A stretch of 21,549 bases of DNA, taken from the NCBI GenBank assembly GCA_020060805.1, contig JAGUZM010000404.1, forward strand, positions 1 through 21,549, written 5' to 3'. A program made the position numbers and the translations under genes. The DNA is from Deltaproteobacteria bacterium. Lineage in GTDB: Bacteria; Desulfobacterota; DSM-4660; Desulfatiglandales; HGW-15. The notes beneath the pieces were generated by a model, which worked only from the letters and a program-made list of their open reading frames with translations, did no database searches and was not told where the DNA came from. Below, one piece after another: positions 7,676 to 13,976 of this stretch. Numbering within the stretch: the first letter of the stretch is position 1; each line of letters begins with the position of its first letter.

Positions 7676-7708
7676 AAAAAAACCCCGTGGGCCCATTGGC
7701 CCATGGGG
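7676..7708 (-). terminator. Rho-independent terminator of the dodecin gene
   Basis: On the minus strand the hairpin CCCCATGGGCC-AATG-GGCCCACGGGG (11 bp, one G-U) is followed directly by TTTTTTTGTGCCTTTTTT. It sits 20 nt after the stop codon at 7729. Confidence 0.65.
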
Positions 7709-7728
7709 TATGAGATCAGAAAAAATGA

Positions 7729-7938
7729 TCAACCCTCGTACTTGAAGGATAGGTTGACCCTTGCCCGGTAGAGCTTGACCTTCCCTTTCTCAACAGTCAT
7801 ATCCAGTTTGGTCACTTCCGCGACTCTCAGATCCCTGAGGGTTCCTGAGGCGGTTTCCACCGCGGTTTTGGCAGCCTCCTCCCAGGATTTATCGCTGGTT
7901 CCCACGAGTTGAACGATGTTGTAGGTACTTGGTCCCAT
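7729..7938 (-). CDS. Dodecin family flavin-binding protein (69 aa)
   Basis: The sequence is MGPSTYNIVQLVGTSDKSWEEAAKTAVETASGTLRDLRVAEVTKLDMTVEKGKVKLYRARVNLSFKYEG. This matches the dodecin pattern (YK-I-V-E-L-x-G-S-S..W-E-x-A...A..T-L-R-x-L...E-V). The ATG at 7938 is preceded by AAAGGAGGGGAA. The longer track ORF (to 8016) lacks an SD. Confidence 0.8.
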   Translation of the reverse strand: MGPSTYNIVQLVGTSDKSWEEAAKTAVETASGTLRDLRVAEVTKLDMTVEKGKVKLYRARVNLSFKYEG

Positions 7939-7997
7939 GTTTCCCCTCCTTTCAAAAATGTGCCTTTTTTCTTGAATTGCCCCAACCGCCGGGCCAG

Positions 7998-8026
7998 AGA
8001 ATACCCTCCCGGACACGATAAGTCAA
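7998..8026 (-). promoter_or_regulatory. Sigma70-like promoter candidate for dodecin
   Basis: On the minus strand TTGACT (8026-8021) is followed by a 17-nt spacer and TATTCT (8003-7998). This lies ~60 nt upstream of the ATG at 7938. Confidence 0.45.
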
Positions 8027-8077
8027 CAGTCCCTTAAGCCGGCTAAATGACGCGTTACCCCAAGTACACAGCCGAAC

Positions 8078-8608
8078 TCACATCGGGACGAAGCTGTTGG
8101 CCTGAAAATAATCCTCCTTGAGCAACTGAAGCTGGTTCTTGAAGGCTTTGTAATGGTCCTCTTCCCAGGCTGCCAGCTCATGGTAGAAAGCCTTCACATC
8201 CGGGGAGTCCGCTTTGTCGGCACAGGACCTGTAGAACTTCATGGCGTCCTGTTCCAGCTTCATGCCGATGGTGAGGGCGCTCACCTCGAAATGGCTGCTC
8301 TTGATTCGGGATTCGATCTCCTTGCTGAAAATCGGGCCGACGCCGTGCTTGCGGGAGCTTTTTTTCAATTTCTTTTTCAAATCATAGTCCCCGGTGTCAA
8401 GCACAGACCGGTACTGATGCTGCAGGTAATGGAGGTGCCCCATTTCTTCCTGGGCCATTTTCGCAAAGGTCGCCTTTCCCTTCGGGTCCTTGGTGCTTTT
8501 GGCTGCGCTTTTATAGAACTCATGGCCCGTCAACTCCGCTTCAATCGCTGTCTTCAGGCCATCCAGAATTTTCTTTTTGCTCCTTTCCATGGTCAGCTCC
8601 TTGTTCAT
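8078..8608 (-). CDS. Ferritin-like / rubrerythrin-family diiron protein (no rubredoxin domain)
   Basis: Four helix motifs carry the E / ExxH ligand pattern: EAELTGHEFY, QEEMGHLHYL, KLEQDAMKFY, AWEEDHYKAF. Length is 176 aa. Confidence 0.8.
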   Translation of the reverse strand: MNKELTMERSKKKILDGLKTAIEAELTGHEFYKSAAKSTKDPKGKATFAKMAQEEMGHLHYLQHQYRSVLDTGDYDLKKKLKKSSRKHGVGPIFSKEIESRIKSSHFEVSALTIGMKLEQDAMKFYRSCADKADSPDVKAFYHELAAWEEDHYKAFKNQLQLLKEDYFQANSFVPM

Positions 8609-8759
8609 TCATCATCCCGTTTCGGGAGAGAGAAAACCTTTCTTACCCGGAAATGGGCTTTCGGCCCAGGGTTTTTTCGGGCAAGGGCATGACAGCGGAG
8701 GCTTCTCCAATCGCGCCCCTGCCCTTCACCGTCCTCCCCTCCGGCGATCGGAGTTATCC

Positions 8760-9092
8760 TTAAGAAAACTTCTCAGGCGGTCGCCGCTCGGGAACATATT
8801 GAATCGGGGTTTTTCCTTCATTCCACGCCTTCGAGACATAGAGATTGCAATAACAGCTCCCGAACTCCTTCACATCAGGCACCCGGTAGACGCAAGGGCA
8901 GATGATGTCCTGGTCTTTTAGACGGTCTCCTGACGAGAGCCTGCAAGGGCAACACATATACCCATAGCGTTTCCTGTTTTCGATCAACGAGGCCAGGAGG
9001 TCAAAAACCCTTTCCCTGTCTTTGTTGAAATAATAGCCCTTCGGTTCCTGAACCTTTTTCAGGTTCTCATACAGTTTCTCCACCTCGTTCAT
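8760..9092 (-). CDS. Ferredoxin:thioredoxin reductase catalytic (beta) subunit-like protein
   Basis: The Cys pattern CCPCR-x14-CPC-x13-CYC is the FTR catalytic-chain CPC...CPC...C(H/Y)C arrangement. Length is 110 aa. The start overlaps the upstream gene's stop (ATGA). Confidence 0.85.
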   Translation of the reverse strand: MNEVEKLYENLKKVQEPKGYYFNKDRERVFDLLASLIENRKRYGYMCCPCRLSSGDRLKDQDIICPCVYRVPDVKEFGSCYCNLYVSKAWNEGKTPIQYVPERRPPEKFS

Positions 9093-9340
9093 AGTCCGAG
9101 AGCCTCCTTGATCTCTTTCTCCTTGAAGCCCACGATGACCTTATCACCGATGATGATGGTGGGAAAAGAACACCGGGGGTTCAGTTTCCTCACGTCCTCC
9201 AGGATGGCGGTCCTCTCTTCGCCCTCGAGCATATCCACGTCCGTGAATTCGTACTTGACGGCGCATTCGTCCAGGAATTTCTTGGTCGCCTTGCAGTGAC
9301 TGCATGTGCTCAGCGTGTACATCTTGATGCTTTCTTTCAT
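9089..9340 (-). CDS. Glutaredoxin-like / small thioredoxin-fold protein (CSHC active site)
   Basis: The sequence is MKESIKMYTLSTCSHCKATKKFLDECAVKYEFTDVD...CSFPTIIIGDKVIVGF, which has the Grx/NrdH-like topology. The ATG at 9340 is preceded by AAAGGAG. The track ORF's N-terminal extension to 9427 overlaps the upstream gene and is rejected. Confidence 0.8.
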   Translation of the reverse strand: MKESIKMYTLSTCSHCKATKKFLDECAVKYEFTDVDMLEGEERTAILEDVRKLNPRCSFPTIIIGDKVIVGFKEKEIKEALGL

Positions 9341-9359
9341 CAGCGTCGCTCCTTTCTCG

Positions 9360-10193
9360 TCAGGCTTCGCCTTCCATGAGGCGACCCAGGGATGCAAGAT
9401 GCCTCTTTTCTTCTTCCCCAAGGTCATGAAAGACGGCCTTGCTACGATGGTCTTGGCTTTTCCGTGAATAACGCAGGTAGAGATCGAGGGCCTGGGTTTC
9501 GAGCATCATGGCGATACCCAGGACGTTTTCCCTAGTATTCATCGCTTCCTTATTCTGCTCCATGAACTCCTCGGTCGTGAATCCCCCTTCCATGAGTTTC
9601 GAAACGATGCGGGTTTCGAACTGCCCCTGATCCGTTACGGTCCTATCGAGGGTCTGATACAGGTTGAAGAGCTTTTGGCGGTGATTCTCTTCGATGCCGG
9701 CCAACCGTTTCAGAAGGCTTTTTACCTCTGGCTGAGGGGTGGTTTCCGCGATCGCGGTATACCACTCAGACAACCCGGTCTCCATGCCGTATGCAAGAAC
9801 CACCACCTCCGGCGGCTTTTCATCTCCCTTCAGGTAGGCCATTCCCATTTCCGCTGGGCCGAAGGCTGTTCGGCCCTGCCAGGCGGTAATGCCCCCTTTG
9901 AGGTTGTACACTTCCTTGAAGCCCTCACCGGCCAGGAGTTGCGCAGCAGCACGGCTGCGCGCGCCGGTGGCTCAGTACGCAATCACGGGTTTCTGGGGAT
10001 CGAGTTCCCCATTACGGTTGAGGAGCTCCGGCAAGGGGATCAAAACGGCCCCCGGGATGTGCGACTTTTCGTATTCAGAAGGCTGGCGAACGTCAAGAAG
10101 GGAATAGGTTCCTTCTTTGTGTGTATTGATGTAGGTTTTCGCCTCTTCGGCGTTCATGGTGTTGACGGGTGTGAAAAATTTCAACCACTTCAC
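9360..10193 (-). CDS. Rhodanese-domain sulfurtransferase fused to a ferritin-like domain; probable selenoprotein with UGA (9974-9972) at the catalytic Cys position
   Basis: Track ORFs 9972..10193 and 9360..9911 are in the same frame, separated only by one TGA. The read-through translation is ...LDPQKPVIAY-U-ATGARSRAAAQLLAGEGFKEVYNLKGGITAWQG. This is the rhodanese active-site loop (Y-C-x-x-G-x-R-S) with TGA in place of Cys. The C-terminal half carries E/ExxH motifs: YGMETGLSEWY, IEENHRQKL, MLETQALDLY, EEEKRHLASL. The GTG start at 10193 is preceded by AAGGGG 8 nt upstream. Confidence 0.75.
9928..9967 (-). promoter_or_regulatory. Candidate bacterial SECIS stem-loop downstream of the in-frame UGA
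   Basis: The minus-strand RNA is UGA GCCA CCGGC GC GCGCAGC-CGUGCU-GCUGCGC AACUCCUG GCCGG. It has a 7-bp apical stem with a 6-nt loop containing GU at about +23/+24 from the U of UGA, plus a 5-bp outer stem (CCGGC/GCCGG). Confidence 0.5.
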
Positions 10194-10640
10194 GACAGCA
10201 ACCCCTTGGCGTTCAATCGGTCATCGCCCCAGAACCTACTATGGGACGCCTGAAATCTCAAGCAAAACGTGGGCGAGGAAAGGGCGTTTCCTTTGGCGTG
10301 CCCGGTTTTGAAAATCAAGCAGCAATATAATCACTGGATCAGCGCCTACAACCCCTTCTGCTTAAACCCGGGGGAGTGGGCTGCGACCGATCGAGGGATA
10401 CCTTGTCAACCGCCCTGGCGGGGTTTAATATAGGGAAAGAATTAGCCCGGATCTTCGGTCCCACCAGCAGTACGGGGGATCCAGCTGCGAAGCTTGTCCA
10501 ATAACTCCCTCCTTAGAGGGAGAGGGGATTTGGGTTGTCGGGCAGCCTCCGTAACGTCCTTCGAGCGGTAAGGGGGCGCTGGGATCGCACCGGGGAAGCC
10601 CCGACAGAACCGATGATGCGGTGGGGAGGTGAATCATCTC

Positions 10641-11522
10641 ATGGAAAAAGTGGTCATAGAGGGAGTGGAACTGCACCTGACGCAGCCGGATGACGTTCCC
10701 ATGGTTTGGGTCGGCCAGGATGAGCTTGTCACCCAGGTCCTGGCAGCATGGCTCGTCATCGGCGACGATGATTTGCCCCTCCATCCGAGGCTCGTTGGAA
10801 AACCGGGCGTCGGCAAAACCACCCTGGCCTACCATGCGGGCCGTAAGCTCGGGAAACCGGTGTACCTTTACCAGGCGACGATGGACACGCGGCCGGAGGA
10901 CCTCATCGTGACCCCGGTGATCTCGGAAGCGGGCAAGATCAAGTACATGGCAAGCCCCATCGTTTCAGCCATGATCAAAGGGGGTGTGGCGGTCATCGAC
11001 GAAGGAAACAGGATGAGCGAGAAAAGCTGGGCCTCCCTCGCGCCGCTGATGGACAGCAGGCGCTACGTGGAATCCGTCGTTGCAGGAATCAAGATCAAAG
11101 CCCATCCCGAGTTCAGGCTCTGCACAACCATGAACGATGACGCCAGCACCTTTGAGCTTCCGGATTACATCCATTCGAGGCTCCAGCCGCAGATCTTCAT
11201 CGACTTTCCGGAAAGGGATGAAGAACTCCTCATCCTCAGGGCCAATCTGCCCTTTGCCGAGGAGGGGGTCCTGCAGTACGTGGTGGATTTTCTGCAGGCT
11301 GCCCATGAAATGGATGAGCGCTATTCGGTCAGGGACGGGATCAACATCGCCCGGTACGCCTTGAAAAGGCTTGTGGAGAGCGGCGAACGCCTCACCTCCC
11401 AGGAGCGGACGGAGAGGGTCGTTCAGTACATGAAAGAGGCTGCCACGATGATCCTGGATCCCAACGCCGCCCGGTATTTCAAGGACACGGTGGACTCCGG
11501 CGATGACGAAGAACAGGATTGA
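10641..11522 (+). CDS. AAA+ ATPase of the AAA_5 class (MoxR / CbbQ-NorQ / McrB-like)
   Basis: Walker A is GKPGVGKTT and Walker B is VAVIDEGNR. The sensor region is LCTTMN, and an arginine-rich helical lid follows. I prefer the ATG at 10641, with GGGGAGG 11 nt upstream. The track starts at GTG 10629. Confidence 0.85.
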   Translation: MEKVVIEGVELHLTQPDDVPMVWVGQDELVTQVLAAWLVIGDDDLPLHPRLVGKPGVGKTTLAYHAGRKLGKPVYLYQATMDTRPEDLIVTPVISEAGKIKYMASPIVSAMIKGGVAVIDEGNRMSEKSWASLAPLMDSRRYVESVVAGIKIKAHPEFRLCTTMNDDASTFELPDYIHSRLQPQIFIDFPERDEELLILRANLPFAEEGVLQYVVDFLQAAHEMDERYSVRDGINIARYALKRLVESGERLTSQERTERVVQYMKEAATMILDPNAARYFKDTVDSGDDEEQD

Positions 11523-13332
11523 GTGGAAAAACATCCGCTTTGTGCCTGTCCTTCACGGGCGGATGGAATTGGCCCTGGAGGTGAGGAGACAGTTCCGGGA
11601 GTTCAAGCCCGACCAAGTGGCGGTGGAATACCCCCATACCCTGCAGGACCAGATCCTTCGAGGAGTCAAGAGACTCCCCCTTCTCTCCGTTGTCTATTAT
11701 CAGGAGAGCGACGGCGCCTTCATTTACCTCCTTCTGGAGCCGACAGATCCGCTGGTGGAGGCTGTCAGGCTCGCCCTGGAAAACAACGTTCCGGTTCACT
11801 TCGTAGACCGGGACACGGAAGGCTATCCCCTTGATCGGTCCCCTATGCCTGACCCGTATGCGATCACCCGCATCGGTCATTACCTCTTCTGCCAGGCTTA
11901 CCTCAAGACCCGGGAGGGCGAGATGCCGTTCCTGGAAGACTCCCTCCGGGAGAAGACGATGGCCTACCATCTCCAGCGGCTGAACAGAGCAGGGGGGAAG
12001 ACCCTTTTCGTGGGCGGCCTGTACCACCTCCCCGGGATTCTTTCCAACATCGAAGGGCCCCAGGCGGAGGTAATCGGCAGGAAGCACAGGGAAGGGGCTG
12101 GACTGGCCCATCTACATCAGGACTCCAGCGCGGAAGTGTTGACAGAAATGCCCTTTCTGGTGGCAAGGTATGAGCGCTTCAGGGGTGCAGGGGGCGCGGA
12201 AGACCCTGACAGGCTCAAGGTTCATAACGAACTCATCGGCCTTGCCCGCAGGAGCCACTGGAAGAACAACAAAGAGGAATTATCCCGCCTTCAGGTCAGG
12301 ATCATGCACAAGTTTGCCAGGAACTATGCCCTTGTCACGGGCGGGCTGGTGCCCAGTTTCTACCAGCTCCTCGTGGCTGCCCGGGGAGCTGCGGATGACA
12401 ATTTTGCGTATGAACTTTGGGAAAAGGGGAGCGAATACCCGTGGCAGGCAGAGCAGCCCGGGCTGCCCATCATGCGCCTCAGCGGTGAGGATCTTTTCCT
12501 CGACCAGAAAAGGATACGATTCCACCGGAGGCTGAAGGCCTTCCGCAGGCGCCTGGTTCCGGTTCCCGTGAAGAAGAGGATAAGGGAGAAGACCCCGGGG
12601 GAATGGAAGAAAAGCTTCGACCACCTCTTCATCTGCTCTTATCCGCCCGAGGACGTGGTCGTGGAGGGTTACGGCCAATACCTCCAGAAAAAGGCCCTGG
12701 AGATCAAGTCTGAGGAGAACAGCCGGAGCGTTCCTTTTGTCAGTTCCATGATGGATGGGATCGATATCCGGGAGACCGTCAGGAACTGGGCCGAAGCGAA
12801 GATCTACGTGAAGGAGGGGAGGCCTATCCGGGGGAAGGTGGGATCCGTGGTCATGATTTTTGACCCTGACATGGCGGGAAAGGACGGGAAGGAAAATTTT
12901 CCCTGGAAGGTCACCTGGCTCGGTGAGCACGAACAGGAATCAGACATGGCTTTTTACAGCACCCCGGCCGGCGGCGTCATGGACGGGCCGGGTATTTCCC
13001 GGTGCCAGTACGGAGGCTTCATGCTCACCTATCCTCCGCTGAGGGTTTTGGATATATGGCAGGATCCCTTTTTCAACGTGGCGAGGAATAAACCGGAAAG
13101 GCTTCTCATGGCCGCCATAGACTACAGCGCGGAAAAACATGTGGTCTACGTCGCAGCCGACCCTCCCTCGGGATGGTGCCAGACCATGGCCGCGAAGCTG
13201 GGAAAGAAGATCATCTACATGCCCATCGGCGTTTTTTCTCCCGTGGCTCTGAAAAAGATCCGCCAGTTCCACGTCCTTGCCGGCCACCACGTCCGCAGGT
13301 ACGCCAAGCAGTACATCAAAACCGCCTCATGA
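11503..13332 (+). CDS. Large uncharacterised protein, DUF5682-like (partner of AAA_5 ATPases)
   Basis: 609-aa ORF whose ATG overlaps the ATPase gene's end by 20 nt, implying translational coupling. The N-terminus is IRFVPVLHGRMELALEVRRQFREFKPDQVAVEYP...EPTDPLVEAVRLALENNVPVHFVDRD. That resembles, from memory, the start of DUF5682 proteins found next to MoxR-like ATPases. The family call is tentative. Confidence 0.7.
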   Translation: MTKNRIEWKNIRFVPVLHGRMELALEVRRQFREFKPDQVAVEYPHTLQDQILRGVKRLPLLSVVYYQESDGAFIYLLLEPTDPLVEAVRLALENNVPVHFVDRDTEGYPLDRSPMPDPYAITRIGHYLFCQAYLKTREGEMPFLEDSLREKTMAYHLQRLNRAGGKTLFVGGLYHLPGILSNIEGPQAEVIGRKHREGAGLAHLHQDSSAEVLTEMPFLVARYERFRGAGGAEDPDRLKVHNELIGLARRSHWKNNKEELSRLQVRIMHKFARNYALVTGGLVPSFYQLLVAARGAADDNFAYELWEKGSEYPWQAEQPGLPIMRLSGEDLFLDQKRIRFHRRLKAFRRRLVPVPVKKRIREKTPGEWKKSFDHLFICSYPPEDVVVEGYGQYLQKKALEIKSEENSRSVPFVSSMMDGIDIRETVRNWAEAKIYVKEGRPIRGKVGSVVMIFDPDMAGKDGKENFPWKVTWLGEHEQESDMAFYSTPAGGVMDGPGISRCQYGGFMLTYPPLRVLDIWQDPFFNVARNKPERLLMAAIDYSAEKHVVYVAADPPSGWCQTMAAKLGKKIIYMPIGVFSPVALKKIRQFHVLAGHHVRRYAKQYIKTAS

Positions 13333-13349
13333 GCGGCGAAGTGTCCTGT

Positions 13350-13393
13350 CAAAAGTAGTGAGGTTTGCGAACAAAAGTAGTGAGGTTTGCGAA
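13350..13393 (+). repeat. Two perfect tandem 22-bp repeats (CAAAAGTAGTGAGGTTTGCGAA x2): putative transposase end-binding sites
   Basis: Copies at 13350-13371 and 13372-13393 are identical. They are immediately preceded by TGT at 13347. The 22-bp length, head-to-tail arrangement and ..TGCGAA(A/C)AAA core recall MuA/TnsB end sites. Confidence 0.7.
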
Positions 13394-13464
13394 AAGCACA
13401 GGAAATAAAAATCCTGTCCGATTTGGAGTTCAATCGGTCAGGTTTTGAGCCTCTGAAAAGGCCA

Positions 13465-13953
13465 TCAAACTACGGCATTAGAACCCCTTTCTGCCTGTAG
13501 ATGAGTCTTCAAAACGTAAAGGATCTGGACCTCCAAAGGCCTCATTTCTTCTTCACTGAGCGCCCGGATCTGGGCGAAAAGATCAGGATAAAGCTTAAAG
13601 TTTATGATTACCTCCAAATCGGGCCGTGGCTGCATTTTCTCAGGGCGGTCCTTACTAACCTTCACCTTTTTCCCTGTTCCCCTGGAGGCCAACGTCTTGC
13701 GCTTTAAGCGCATGCACTCGGAACACAAACGGTGCGAAGGAGTGATCGTCTGCCGTTGCTCGCACTCTTCACATAATCTGACCGGCTTCTCCTCCATATT
13801 GCTTTGCCCTCGTCTTAGTTCAACCACAAACGGATCTTCTTCACGCTCTCTTTCTACTCTCTCCCCACAGCTTTCGCATCTTAGTGACCTTGTTCTTCCA
13901 TGAACCAATCTACTCAGGCAGGCCGAATAGTGAACACACTCAGGATCGCGCAT
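13465..13953 (-). CDS. Double zinc-ribbon protein with C-terminal ribbon-helix-helix-like region (putative DNA/RNA-binding regulator)
   Basis: There are two Cys4 clusters: C-x5-C-x13-C-x2-C and CEEC-x12-CSEC. The C-terminus DLEVIINFKLYPDLFAQIRALSEEEMRPLEVQILYVLKTHL has a beta-alpha-alpha RHH-like pattern. It is the last gene before the element end. The start is uncertain (ATG 13953, or the internal MEEKP Met). Confidence 0.6.
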   Translation of the reverse strand: MRDPECVHYSACLSRLVHGRTRSLRCESCGERVEREREEDPFVVELRRGQSNMEEKPVRLCEECEQRQTITPSHRLCSECMRLKRKTLASRGTGKKVKVSKDRPEKMQPRPDLEVIINFKLYPDLFAQIRALSEEEMRPLEVQILYVLKTHLQAERGSNAVV

Positions 13954-13976
13954 TTCAAAAGACTCGGCAAATCGAA

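Noticed and set aside
7271-7771. 166-aa plus-strand ORF spanning the MATE gene's end, the gap and the dodecin gene's end
   Set aside because: It is Arg/Gly/Pro-rich GC-frame noise that overlaps two well-supported genes and covers the rod-like inverted-repeat structure. It has no SD and no motifs.
10425-10835. 136-aa minus-strand ORF in the divergent region, overlapping the AAA_5 gene start
   Set aside because: It is antisense to a strongly supported ATPase gene and has no motifs or SD. The 10194-10640 spacer contains only short hairpins (e.g. CTCCCTC-CTTA-GAGGGAG at 10505-10522), which I could not interpret further.
13350-13393. The tandem 22-bp repeats as a possible CRISPR array or other satellite repeat (also 18353-18396)
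   Set aside because: There are only two directly abutting copies with no spacers and no cas genes. Position at an element boundary next to a TG terminus fits transposase-binding sites better.
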